In this document: positions 51,644 through 61,574 of the stretch, piece after piece
How the letters are laid out: each line of letters begins with the position of its first letter
How positions within the stretch are numbered: position 1 is the stretch's first letter
Assembly (NCBI GenBank): GCA_965226795.1
Contig: CBDDDZ010000005.1
Location: 1,664,001-1,728,000, forward strand
Length of the DNA stretch: 64,000 nucleotides
Source: Candidatus Latescibacterota bacterium
Lineage (GTDB): Bacteria; Latescibacterota; UBA2968; GCA-2709665
Reading direction: 5' to 3'
Position numbers and translations under genes: made by a program
Notes under the pieces: generated by a model
Told to the model about the DNA's origin: nothing
Seen by the model: only the letters and a program-made list of their open reading frames with translations
Databases searched by the model: none

Positions 51644-52108
51644 ACGCAAACCGCTCCTATTCTGTGTCATGTGTCTGAAAGAATGGTGATCGCCCTGATA
51701 CCGTCCCTACCGGGAAAGGCGCTCTGGCGGGGCGCATGGGCTGCGCAGCCAGGCGTTGACTTCCCCCGGTTCCGGCCCATCCTGGAGTGCGTTACTCTAT
51801 CCTCGAAGCCGGTGTTTAACGCGTATTCGTCACGGAACCCGTCCGCAGATATGGAAATCCATTGACGGCCGACGGCTTTCTCCGTAATCTGGGAGGACTG
51901 TTGAATCGCGTTCCTGGCGTATACCGGCATCCGTCCGGCTTTCGCACAGGGCCGATTCGCCGCATTGCATCGCAACTTATCCGCCCTCAATCTGCTCGAC
52001 GACGCTTCAGAACACGCGATTCCCCGTGGTTCTATTTCAATCCCGATTCGACGGGTCGAGACGTCGACCATAAGGAGCATACGGCCCGTTCTTTGAGGAA
52101 TATCGCCA

Positions 52109-52849
52109 ATGATCATCGACAGCCACGTGCATCTCAGACACGGCAACGCCGCGCGTACGGAATATACCGCCCATCAGATCGTTGAATCCATGGATGGCGC
52201 AGGCGTGGACAAATCGGTCGTCTTTGCCATATGCACCACCACATTTGACGCCGTTTCGCGGGCTCGAACCGCACACGAACTGTATCCGGACCGCCTCATT
52301 CCTTATGCATACGCGCTACCCAACTCCGAACGGTCGATTATTGGGTGCATCGAAGAAGCCGTCACACGCCTGGACTTCAAGGGGATCAAGATACACGCCG
52401 GCGAATGCACCCTCGCGGAATACGTGTCGGACCCCATACTGAAACTGGCCGGCGCACACGGCGTGCCCTGCCTCATCGATTTCATCGGCCGCCACGCCGA
52501 CCTCGAACGAATCGCCCGCGACTTCCCCGATACCCCGATCATCGTCGCCCACATGGGCCGTTACCTGTGCACCGACCAGTCGCTCATCGATCGGTTTGTC
52601 CGCATCGCGGAAGAATACGGGAACGTCTATATGGACATCAGCGGCGTCGTTCTGATCTGGAAAATCCGCGAGGCCGTGGAGCGCCTGGGACCGGAACGCA
52701 TCATCTGGGGCACCGACGGACCCTACCCCACACCCGACCTGGCAACCTATATCCGCACCGATATCGAAAAGGTCCGGGCTTCCGGCACCAGCGGGGCCGA
52801 ACTATCCGCAATCCTTGCCGGAAACATCGCCCGGCTGTTAAACCTCTGA
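52109..52849 (+). CDS. Amidohydrolase-2 family protein
   Basis: IIDSHVH, KGIKIH, IVAHMG, RIIWGTDGP. Confidence 0.9.
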   Translation: MIIDSHVHLRHGNAARTEYTAHQIVESMDGAGVDKSVVFAICTTTFDAVSRARTAHELYPDRLIPYAYALPNSERSIIGCIEEAVTRLDFKGIKIHAGECTLAEYVSDPILKLAGAHGVPCLIDFIGRHADLERIARDFPDTPIIVAHMGRYLCTDQSLIDRFVRIAEEYGNVYMDISGVVLIWKIREAVERLGPERIIWGTDGPYPTPDLATYIRTDIEKVRASGTSGAELSAILAGNIARLLNL

Positions 52850-53073
52850 CGTGTAATCCATGTATTGGTAGTATTATAACAGGTTTGCATAGAAAAGGTT
52901 ACGTACGAAATTCGTATTGGAAGTCGAGCGACGGATCAGTAAACAGACGGGGTAACGCCACGGTCCTGCCAACCCCATTTCGATCGCAGCCCTCGTATGA
53001 ATACCCCGGATTTCACTGACTTCGCGACGCTTTTTCTTGACAAATATACGCGTTTATATATTTTTCTTCCGCT

Positions 53074-53256
53074 GCAAGGGTAGAGGCGCGGGTTTGCATC
53101 AGTAACCGGCAGTGGACGGCGGACCCACAACTGCCGGATGAAAGGGTAAACCTGCCGAAGTTCGGTACTCCCGCCGCCGGGATGGACGGGCTGGGCTGCT
53201 GGATAAGATCCAGCGGACTGTCATGGGAAACAGCGTCCCGTGGAGCGCTCTCTTGC
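53074..53256 (+). promoter_or_regulatory. Lysine riboswitch (L-box)
   Basis: AGAGGCGC...AGTA...GAAAGGG...GCCGAA...CTGGG...ACTGTC...GGAGCGCT in canonical order; P1 GCAAGGG/CTCTTGC; TTGACA at 53037; lies upstream of asd. Confidence 0.92.
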
Positions 53257-53283
53257 GATGTGGCCATGCTGCGTTTCGATCGT

Positions 53284-53324
53284 AGCCGGCGATGTCTCTA
53301 CCTTTGGACATGCCGGCTGTTTTT
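53284..53324 (+). terminator. Riboswitch expression-platform terminator
   Basis: AGCCGGC-G-ATGTC...GACAT-GCCGGCT followed by GTTTTT between aptamer and asd start. Confidence 0.75.
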
Positions 53325-53428
53325 GTGGCGCCTGTTCTCGCAAGAACGCAGACCGCGGATCTCCGGACCGGTGCACTCGTCGAAACTGCGGCGGGCTGCT
53401 GAAATCTCTCTCTCAGAAGGAACGGATT

Positions 53429-54511
53429 ATGGACAGACTCAAAGTAGGCATTCTGGGCGCGACCGGCATGGTCGGTCAGCGCTTCGTTTCATTGCTCGAA
53501 GACCACCCCTGGTTCGAAGTCGTCGCGGTTGCCGCCAGCCCTCGGTCGGCGGGCAAGACGTATCGTGAAGCCGTTGCAGGCCGCTGGACCCTTTCCACGG
53601 ATATTCCTCCGGCCATTGCGGACCTGGCGGTAAGGAACGTCAACGAGGTGGAAACCATTGCGGGTAAGGTCGATTTCGTCTGTTCGGCGCTCGATATGGA
53701 TAAAGACGACATCCGCAACCTCGAGAACGCCTATGCCCGACGGGAAACGCCCGTGGCATCCAACAACTCCGCCCATCGGTGGACTTCGGACGTACCCATG
53801 CTCATGCCCGAGATCAACGCGGGGCACGTGGCCATCATCGAGGCTCAGCGCAAGCGTCTGGGCACCCGGTCCGGCTTTGTCGCCGTCAAGCCGAACTGCT
53901 CGATACAGCCCTATGTCCCTGCATTTGAGGCATTGGCGGACTTCAGGCCCCAAAGGGCATCCGTATGCACCTACCAGGCTATTTCCGGCGCCGGAAAAAC
54001 CTTTCATTCGTGGCCTGAAATGGTCGATAACATTATCCCCTTCATTGGTGGGGAAGAGGAAAAGAGCGCCTTGGAACCACTGAAAATCTGGGGCGCGATT
54101 CGCAACGGCGAAATCCGGAACGCCAACGGCCCGATAATCTCCGCGCAATGCATTCGAGTGCCCGTCAGCGACGGACATATGGCGGCCACGTCGGTGTCGT
54201 TTGAATGTAAGCCCTCGCGGGAACAGGTTATCGATTCCTGGCGAAATTTCCAGGGGGATCCGAAGGCGGCCAACCTGCCGTCTTCTCCGAGGCCGTTCCT
54301 GACTTATTTCGAGGAAGAAGACCGCCCGCAGACACGGTTGGACCGGGATGCGGGCAACGGCATGGGCGTGACGCTAGGGAGGCTGAGGGAAGACAACCTG
54401 TTCGACTACAGATTTATCGCCCTGAGCCACAACACGGTTAGGGGAGCGGCGGGCGGCGCCATTCTCATGGCCGAATTGCTTGCGGCGGAAGGTTATCTGC
54501 AGCCAAAATAG
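53429..54511 (+). CDS. asd: Aspartate-semialdehyde dehydrogenase (archaeal/fungal-type clade)
   Basis: GATGMVGQ, SNNSAHR, KPNCS, YQAISGAG, RVPVSDGH, HNTVRGAAG. Confidence 0.96.
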   Translation: MDRLKVGILGATGMVGQRFVSLLEDHPWFEVVAVAASPRSAGKTYREAVAGRWTLSTDIPPAIADLAVRNVNEVETIAGKVDFVCSALDMDKDDIRNLENAYARRETPVASNNSAHRWTSDVPMLMPEINAGHVAIIEAQRKRLGTRSGFVAVKPNCSIQPYVPAFEALADFRPQRASVCTYQAISGAGKTFHSWPEMVDNIIPFIGGEEEKSALEPLKIWGAIRNGEIRNANGPIISAQCIRVPVSDGHMAATSVSFECKPSREQVIDSWRNFQGDPKAANLPSSPRPFLTYFEEEDRPQTRLDRDAGNGMGVTLGRLREDNLFDYRFIALSHNTVRGAAGGAILMAELLAAEGYLQPK

Positions 54512-54665
54512 GAGCACGGTCCGGCAGCCGCGGCACGTATTGACCGGCACCGGGCGACTCCGCCGGAAAGAAGAGTTGAGAAAAACATACCCCCTGGCGT
54601 ACGACCGGCCGGATTCAGGAATCCAACTGCGTGTCGGCATCACCTGATCGCGGTTCCGGCGGTTC

Positions 54666-57167
54666 CTAGTGCGGAACACCGTGTCGGTGCAGCCGACGGT
54701 GTATGGCCTCCCTCGCCTCCGCAAACGGCCGCTCCAGATAGGCCATATGATCCTCCTCCCCGTGGTGATGGGTTACCTCTCCCGGCCTGTGCTGCCGGCT
54801 GTTACGGCGCATGTACGTTATGCAGCCGTCCACAAGTGTCAACATATACCGCGCAGTTTCGGAATCGAACATCCACCACTCGCCACCGCAGGCAATATAC
54901 ACCGGGGAGGTATGCGCCATAATCCCGCGCCCCCATCCGTCGAGGTGCGGCACCGCCCGGGAATAACCCGGTCCTCCGCACCGAGCGGCCAGCCAGGAAT
55001 GCGCGCCCACCTTTATATCCGCTTTCAGGCTCAGCTTTCGCGCACCCCCCGATTCTTCCGTTGAAGCAACAACACGTCCATCCTGTACTATCTGCAACGT
55101 GTGGATGGGAAGCACGCACTCGGCTTCCGCAACCGCCTCGACAGTGCCGCCGTTACCCGAAAGTCTGACTGTATCACCGATTTCGTGGCCGTCCACGGTG
55201 AACCGAATGATCGGCCCCCCGCTGTGAAAGGTTCGCCCGGCGGCCATGTTCCTGCACCAGGTTTCGTAGGTGAACGGCTCATCCTCGGGAATCTTCACGT
55301 ACGTCCTGTAAATGCCCACGGGAACATCGCTGCTCATCTTATCGGTACCGCCCACGAGCGGCAGCCTGTACCCGCTGTTGAGATACCGATAGTACTCGTT
55401 GTGATTGTACATCGTGTGTCGGAGCATCTCAACCGCGTCGGCCCTGCCCGTGGCGATCAGCGTGGCCGGCTCGCCGTTGGGATTGGGTAAATGGGGAATG
55501 ATTACCTTTCCGCCCTGTGCGTGACATCGATCAGCCCAATCCGACATCGTCACCTCCAGCGTACCGCCCATCTCCGCTTCCCCGGGGCCGTCGGAGCACC
55601 ACGGCATCACGGTTTCTTTCAGACCGAGCAGAATCAGATGACCCAGAAAGTGCTGCCGGTTTTCCGATCCGACATAGACAATACTGCTCCCGTCCGGAGA
55701 CACACTCGCTCTGCCGGTAAACTCCTCGGTGTTGGTAAAGAGGTCGCCCCACTGCGACGGCAATAGATTGACAACGTTGAGATCCTCTCCCTGAGCCTCG
55801 GTGTGGCTTCCCTGTGTTGAAAGAAAATGGACATGCGAATCCCCGCTGAACCACCGCTCGTTATTCATGCTGCACCAGCGTTTCAGACGCAGTTCCAGTT
55901 CCCGCTGCCCGGATCTGATCTCCACCGCGGTGCGCAGCGGTTCATACTCGAATCCCCTGGCCACATCCACGATGACCTTCCCTCTGGGCAACCAGCCCTG
56001 ACAGGTGCCGTTCGTATACGCGTACGTAATCTGACCCATCCGTACGTCGCCGCCCACATCGATATGCCATGTGCCAAGGTTGGAATTCACGTGCGGATGG
56101 TGCCCGTGCGGTGCGTACGGTATCCCCTCTGGCGACCTGAAGTGCACCCGGCAAGGTACCGGTTTCCCCGTCTCGTCATCGATCACACGGGTGTGTACCC
56201 AGTTGCGTCCGCGGTTCACGACCTCGACCTTTAACGCGCGGGTCTCAACCGTACCCCGTTTCTCCAACTCCCCCCAGTTTATGGCGCCGAGTGTTTCGGA
56301 GCCCTGCATTACGGTGACGGTTGCGGAAGGAATCGCGGCCACCTCAACATAGGCGGGACTGCTCGCCGGATTTTGCGGTTCCCCCCAGCCCTTCCAATCG
56401 TCCATCAGGAAATCATCCGACGCCTGCGCCGGCAACGGATAGGGGTACGTGGCAATCCCCCGATCCACCTTCACATCCAGGTCGAACGGTTTTTCAGCCT
56501 CCTTCTGCCTGGGCAGCGTTATCAACACTTCTCGCGGCGCCTCCCGTGAAAACGGATGCTCGGGGGTATGACCCAGCGTGATGCCTCCAATGACAAACCG
56601 GGGACCAGCGGGAATCACCTCCAGGCGTTCAATCGTGCGGTCCGGGTGCGGATTCTTCCAGACCCAGAGGGTGAAGCTTTGCGAACGGCCCTGCACCGCC
56701 TCGGTCTGACGTCGTCCGGCGTCGCCCCACCTTCCTTCATGACGCGGCAGCATTCCGTCGGTCTGGTCCTGAACAGCGACGAACGGCAGCCCCGCAGACG
56801 CCGGTACTGTACCAATCTCGAACCGGTCCCGGATCAGTGCCGAAACGACGGCGCCGCCTGCGAGATGAAAGCGATATTCCGCGACGTGCTCACCTATCGG
56901 ACCGTTGTCCGGAATCCGGGAATCGAGCAACCGGTGCGCCACAACCACCCGCAGCGCCGTCTTTTCTACCGGGACGGATACCGGTCGCTTCGATATCCCC
57001 CCGCCGAAACCCAGCAGACAGGGTGCTGCCTCCGTATCCGCGCGCCCGATCAAAAACGGAAGCCCCTGGTAGTGCCGGACGCCGGCAGATACATCCGATC
57101 CGTCACCCAGATACTCCGGACCCGCGTTGCACACCTCGGACAGATCCAGCGGTTCATATGCATCCAT
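54666..57167 (-). CDS. CehA/McbA-family metallohydrolase (PHP-like domain with N-terminal beta domains)
   Basis: RGFEY, SGDSHVH, ENRQH.LGH, IPH, GGTDKM, AHTSPVY. Confidence 0.85.
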   Translation of the reverse strand: MDAYEPLDLSEVCNAGPEYLGDGSDVSAGVRHYQGLPFLIGRADTEAAPCLLGFGGGISKRPVSVPVEKTALRVVVAHRLLDSRIPDNGPIGEHVAEYRFHLAGGAVVSALIRDRFEIGTVPASAGLPFVAVQDQTDGMLPRHEGRWGDAGRRQTEAVQGRSQSFTLWVWKNPHPDRTIERLEVIPAGPRFVIGGITLGHTPEHPFSREAPREVLITLPRQKEAEKPFDLDVKVDRGIATYPYPLPAQASDDFLMDDWKGWGEPQNPASSPAYVEVAAIPSATVTVMQGSETLGAINWGELEKRGTVETRALKVEVVNRGRNWVHTRVIDDETGKPVPCRVHFRSPEGIPYAPHGHHPHVNSNLGTWHIDVGGDVRMGQITYAYTNGTCQGWLPRGKVIVDVARGFEYEPLRTAVEIRSGQRELELRLKRWCSMNNERWFSGDSHVHFLSTQGSHTEAQGEDLNVVNLLPSQWGDLFTNTEEFTGRASVSPDGSSIVYVGSENRQHFLGHLILLGLKETVMPWCSDGPGEAEMGGTLEVTMSDWADRCHAQGGKVIIPHLPNPNGEPATLIATGRADAVEMLRHTMYNHNEYYRYLNSGYRLPLVGGTDKMSSDVPVGIYRTYVKIPEDEPFTYETWCRNMAAGRTFHSGGPIIRFTVDGHEIGDTVRLSGNGGTVEAVAEAECVLPIHTLQIVQDGRVVASTEESGGARKLSLKADIKVGAHSWLAARCGGPGYSRAVPHLDGWGRGIMAHTSPVYIACGGEWWMFDSETARYMLTLVDGCITYMRRNSRQHRPGEVTHHHGEEDHMAYLERPFAEAREAIHRRLHRHGVPH

Positions 57168-57204
57168 TCCAGATTCCCCTTTGCCGCGACACGTCCGGTC
57201 GGTT

Positions 57205-58170
57205 CTACGTCACCCGGTTACGTGGGCGACCCTCCAGAAATGCGATGACATTGTCCACCGCGCCGCCATTCAGCAGATTTACCCCTTCCGGGGTCATGTC
57301 GGCGCAATGAGGTGTCAACACGACCTGCTCGCAAGAAAGCAACGGATACGACGGCGGCACCGGCTCTTCGTCGTAGACGTCTATCGCCGCTCCTCCCAGA
57401 TGCCCGGACCGTAGCGCTTCCACCAGCGCGTTTGTATCCACCACCGGGCCCCGCGCTCCGTTCACAAGGATCGCGCCTTTTTTCATCAGTCCGAATTCCC
57501 GCGCACCGATCATGCCACGGCTGTCTTCGGTAAGCGCCACATGCATGCTAACGACATCGGCCTCAGCCAGCAATTCGTCCAACGTCACGAAACGCACGCC
57601 AAGCCTCCCTGCCCGTTCCGGCGATGGATTGTAGGTCCACGCGATCACATCCATCCCGATCGCACGTCCCAGTCTGGCCATCTCCGCCCCGATATTACCC
57701 GCACCCACGATGCCCAGCACTTTGCCCTGCAGGAATATGCCGTCCATCCTGGGCCACTGACCCGCTTTTATCCGCGCCGTGAAGTATGCCGCCCGTTTCG
57801 CTGCGGCGAACATCAGTCCGAGCATGTGTTCGGCCACCACCGGCGCCGTTCGTCCCGGTTGATTGCAGATGACAATGCCTTGATCTCTGGCTGCTTCCAG
57901 GTCGAACATATCGGTACCTATCGAACAACTCGTAATCATGCGCAGATCGGGCAACCCTTCGAATTCCTTTCGACCCCACGTCACGACCCCTCGTGTGTTT
58001 ATGATAACACCCGCCCCCTGCGCACGCTCGACTTTCTCTGCTGTCGATTCCGGCCTCGTATCGTACAATACCACCGGTCCGTAGGACGCCAAGCGATCCA
58101 GATGCGGAGATCCGGCAATCATCTCCGGATCGTCTCCGGGGACCAGCATCCGAACAGCTCCATCGGCCAT
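57205..58170 (-). CDS. D-isomer-specific 2-hydroxyacid dehydrogenase
   Basis: VAEH, GAGNIG, NGARG, DVYDEEP, TPH. Confidence 0.92.
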   Translation of the reverse strand: MADGAVRMLVPGDDPEMIAGSPHLDRLASYGPVVLYDTRPESTAEKVERAQGAGVIINTRGVVTWGRKEFEGLPDLRMITSCSIGTDMFDLEAARDQGIVICNQPGRTAPVVAEHMLGLMFAAAKRAAYFTARIKAGQWPRMDGIFLQGKVLGIVGAGNIGAEMARLGRAIGMDVIAWTYNPSPERAGRLGVRFVTLDELLAEADVVSMHVALTEDSRGMIGAREFGLMKKGAILVNGARGPVVDTNALVEALRSGHLGGAAIDVYDEEPVPPSYPLLSCEQVVLTPHCADMTPEGVNLLNGGAVDNVIAFLEGRPRNRVT

Positions 58171-58364
58171 ATCCAGACCTCCAGCGTGGAAAAAAAGGAC
58201 GCCGAGAATGCCGCACGCCTTACGATCGCCCTGCTTCCGGAACCCGAAAAACGGGATCGAACCTTTTCCGATTACAGAATAAACGCCCCTGGACACGGAT
58301 CGGTCCGCCGGGGAAGCTGGACCGCGCGGATGCACACATCCGCGCGGAGACCGTCTTAACATCC

Positions 58365-59555
58365 TCACCCGCCTGCCGGAATACGCGCCGGACCTTCAGA
58401 TGCCAATGTGCCCAATGCGTCGAGCAACAGGTCGATCTCCTCTTCCAGGAGGAAGAACGGCACGCTGGCGCGCAGGCCGTGTCTGGTCGTGTTGAATGCC
58501 TTGACGACAATGCGCCACCGCCCCCGCAGCGCATCCCTCACATCCGGAGGCCGCCAACCCTCCAGGTTGAATCCGACGACGGCGGCGGACAGTCCGGAGG
58601 ATAAAGGGGTGAACAGCGTGACACCCGGAATCCCGCTCAGCCCCTGCTTCAACCGGGTCGTTAGCGCTACGGTGCGCGCCCAGATCGCCTCCAGTCCGAT
58701 ATCCGACAGGTATTCCACCGCAGACGCCCACGCGTGAACAAGCGGCCATGACCAGGGTCCGAATTCAAACCTCTCTGTATTTTCCTTGAGCCTGAAACGA
58801 TGTTCCCTGAAGTCCACCCACGCCTGCGACCGGCCACCAGCATAGGTAACACGGATTTCATCACGGCTGTCCTCACGTGCGAACAACGCACCCGCGGCAT
58901 ACGGAGAATACATCCACTTATAGGAAAGAATTCCGGAAAAATCGCAGCCCACTTCGTTCAGATCAATCGGATACAATCCGGCGGAATGCGCCATGTCAAG
59001 AAACGTGATTACTCCGCGCTCCCTCGCAGCCGCACAGATCCGTTCGGCGGGCAGACGGTACCCCGAGTCTGAAATCACATGACTCAGCCCGATCAGCCTG
59101 GTACGCTCCTTGATGCGCCCGAGAACCGCATCGACCTGTCCATCTACGTCGTCCACCAGCGGTGCCCTGTCCACGATTACGCCGTACAGATCGCGCAAAT
59201 GAAGACAGGGCACCAGCAGCGCCATCTCTTCCTCTTCCGAAATCAATATACGGTCTCCGGCCTTCCAATCCAGGCCACGAATGACGGTCTGAAACGCTTC
59301 GCTCACCCCGCGCATTAAAGCCAGATCACCGGCTGTCACGCCGAAAAATCGCCCCAGGCGTTCCTTGGACCGTTCCCGACGGGGATATTCCACGTCCGGA
59401 AACGCAATGTGCATCGGACCGCGTTCGAACAATTCCCGCATCAACCCCATATGTCTCTCGGCCACGGGCGCCGGGGTGATGCTTACGCCTCCGTTCTGGA
59501 ACCACACATAGTTTTCCAGCGCCGGAAAGTCCGCCCTGATCTGCCCTATATTCAT
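58365..59555 (-). CDS. Class V PLP-dependent enzyme (isopenicillin-N epimerase/C-S lyase-like, no SufS catalytic Cys)
   Basis: IRADFP, LSHV, DMAHSAG, SYKWMYSP (PLP lysine), LRAS; no RxGHHCA. Confidence 0.85.
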   Translation of the reverse strand: MNIGQIRADFPALENYVWFQNGGVSITPAPVAERHMGLMRELFERGPMHIAFPDVEYPRRERSKERLGRFFGVTAGDLALMRGVSEAFQTVIRGLDWKAGDRILISEEEEMALLVPCLHLRDLYGVIVDRAPLVDDVDGQVDAVLGRIKERTRLIGLSHVISDSGYRLPAERICAAARERGVITFLDMAHSAGLYPIDLNEVGCDFSGILSYKWMYSPYAAGALFAREDSRDEIRVTYAGGRSQAWVDFREHRFRLKENTERFEFGPWSWPLVHAWASAVEYLSDIGLEAIWARTVALTTRLKQGLSGIPGVTLFTPLSSGLSAAVVGFNLEGWRPPDVRDALRGRWRIVVKAFNTTRHGLRASVPFFLLEEEIDLLLDALGTLASEGPARIPAGG

Positions 59556-59657
59556 TCGTCAGCGCTCCACGCGTGAACTGGAATTCCGAAACCGGCGTCC
59601 GTTGCCGATCGGTTCAACCATGGTTGCCAGTCCTACCCCCCGCTGCGATTCACCGCC

Positions 59658-60563
59658 CTAACGCCAGTGTGCGGGCAGTATAACGTCTTTCAATCCGAAA
59701 TGCCGCGCTATCCATTGCTCCTGGTAGACCCCATCCTTGTAACGCGAGTGTTCCGAGGCGCGAATCTCCGCCGGGCCCGGCATGCCATCGACCATCGCCC
59801 CAAACATTTTTCCGCTTCCCCACAGGAGGGTTGGCACCGTAATCCGAGGTGCGAAGAACAGGGGGTCGAAATAGGAAACCGTCCGGGCGACCTCCTCGCG
59901 GCGTTCCGGAAATTGCCTTAAATACTCGTTCACCTCCTCCAGCGGATAGCTTTCGGTGCCTGCCGCCCGATCCATGGTGCCGTAAAAGAATGACGGAGAA
60001 GCGACAAGATGGGTCAGGCCGCCGCGCAGAGCCGCGGACAGCAGAGGCATCTCGTTCTGGCCGATCCCCACGATGCGGCCGCGATCCGCTTCCGGCCGGG
60101 TGAGCACATAGTCCACGGCCCGACAACAATCGGCCACAATACTCCGCATAACGTAGGTTTCCGCATCTTCGATTCCGTCCACAAACAGACCCGGGAACGA
60201 CGCCGCGTAGGGCTTATCCGCGTTCCTCTGTCCCCTGGCGGCCATGGCGAATACCAGGAACCGGCGGCGTTTCTCGCTTGCATCGCCCTGAGGCAGCGGT
60301 TCCACCACACTCTGCAGGCGCGTAAAATTCAACAGCGTCGGAAACGGGCCCTCCCCCCGGGGAATGCTCAAGTAGCCGAACAGCCGATAGGGTCCGATGC
60401 CGGTGAAACGCACCCCGTAGGTCGTTGAAAACTCGCTAGACAGAATCGGCATCATTTCCTCTTCCGGCGCAATGGGCGTGGCGTCCAGCGCTTCCGTCGT
60501 GCGATTCCAGTACGCTTCAAAATCATCGGGTCTGGCCGTAGTCGGCCGAAATTGGTCCGGCAT
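59658..60563 (-). CDS. CE7 acetylxylan esterase-like protein lacking the nucleophile motif
   Basis: RPDDFEAYW, RGQ, RAVDY, PLEE, SYFD; GIGQNE replaces GxSQGG. Confidence 0.8.
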   Translation of the reverse strand: MPDQFRPTTARPDDFEAYWNRTTEALDATPIAPEEEMMPILSSEFSTTYGVRFTGIGPYRLFGYLSIPRGEGPFPTLLNFTRLQSVVEPLPQGDASEKRRRFLVFAMAARGQRNADKPYAASFPGLFVDGIEDAETYVMRSIVADCCRAVDYVLTRPEADRGRIVGIGQNEMPLLSAALRGGLTHLVASPSFFYGTMDRAAGTESYPLEEVNEYLRQFPERREEVARTVSYFDPLFFAPRITVPTLLWGSGKMFGAMVDGMPGPAEIRASEHSRYKDGVYQEQWIARHFGLKDVILPAHWR

Positions 60564-60619
60564 TGACGAATTCTCCTGGCGCCCGGAGGGCAGTTGCATG
60601 CTGGCCCCCCGATTCGACA

Positions 60620-61549
60620 TCAAGGATGAATTTTCAGATGTTTCTCGAAAAACGCTTCAATCACTTTACTATGCTCCACGCTGCCCGCATCGTGGGCGTG
60701 GCCGTCGTACGCATACATCCGCTTGTTATTCGATGCGATTGCCCGAAACGCCGCGTACCCGGTTTCAGGAGGGCAAATATTGTCCTGTAGTCCCACGTTC
60801 ACGATAATCGGACACGAAATTTGCGGCCCGAAGTGAATCCCGTCGAAATAGGCCAGCGTCTCCCGCACTGAGGGCTCCCTCTCGGAGTAGAGCCTCAGAT
60901 AGTCCCGTATTTCCTGGTAGGGGTAGGTATGTGTCAGCTGGATTGCATCCATAAACCCGCACAGATACGGCGCTCCAGCGGCCCCGGCCCTGGGTTCCCG
61001 GAGGGCAGCGACCACAAACGTCAATCCGCCTCCCTGGCTGCTGCCGGTTACACCGATCCGCTCTGAGTCCACCTCTTCCCGGCTGGCCAGAAAGTCGAAC
61101 GCGCGCACGGCGTCGATATAAAATCCGCGATAGGAATAGGTATTCCGATCCACAATATTGTGTGTCAACAATCCCGGATATCCGGGGTTGAACTGCCCGT
61201 TACTCCTGAGTTTTCCGCGCGGCGCGACGCTGAAAACCGCATAACCCCCTTTGGCCGCCTGTTTTGGCAATTCCGGCTCCCCGATATATCCTGGCACCTT
61301 CAGGATCGAAGGCAGCGTCCCCGTGCGCGACGCGGGCAGGCAGTACCAGCCCGCAATCCTGACACCGTCGATACTGTCAAAATGGACTTCGAATACATCC
61401 ACTTCGGGCGTCGACCTGAGTAGGCTGCGCACCACGGATGCGTTCAGGGGAATACGGTCCGCGGTGTCGAGCACATCGTCCCAAAAAGCATCGAAATTGT
61501 GCGGACGCACCATTGATGTACCGTAATTCTCTATTGCAATTCTTTCCAT
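60620..61549 (-). CDS. CE7 acetylxylan esterase / cephalosporin-C deacetylase family
   Basis: RPHNFDAFW, PGY, GSSQGG, GLQDNICPP, GHAH (complete Ser-Asp-His triad). Confidence 0.92.
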   Translation of the reverse strand: MERIAIENYGTSMVRPHNFDAFWDDVLDTADRIPLNASVVRSLLRSTPEVDVFEVHFDSIDGVRIAGWYCLPASRTGTLPSILKVPGYIGEPELPKQAAKGGYAVFSVAPRGKLRSNGQFNPGYPGLLTHNIVDRNTYSYRGFYIDAVRAFDFLASREEVDSERIGVTGSSQGGGLTFVVAALREPRAGAAGAPYLCGFMDAIQLTHTYPYQEIRDYLRLYSEREPSVRETLAYFDGIHFGPQISCPIIVNVGLQDNICPPETGYAAFRAIASNNKRMYAYDGHAHDAGSVEHSKVIEAFFEKHLKIHP

Positions 61550-61574
61550 TCACCCTCCTTCCGACACCGAATAG

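Noticed and set aside
51670..52108. ORFs 51667..52146(-) and 51862..52185(+) in the divergent gap
   Set aside because: No recognisable motifs and they overlap real genes; treated as intergenic.
53240..53428. N-terminal extension of asd called by the ORF track
   Set aside because: It overlaps the riboswitch and terminator; the true start is the ATG at 53429 with a GAAGGA RBS.
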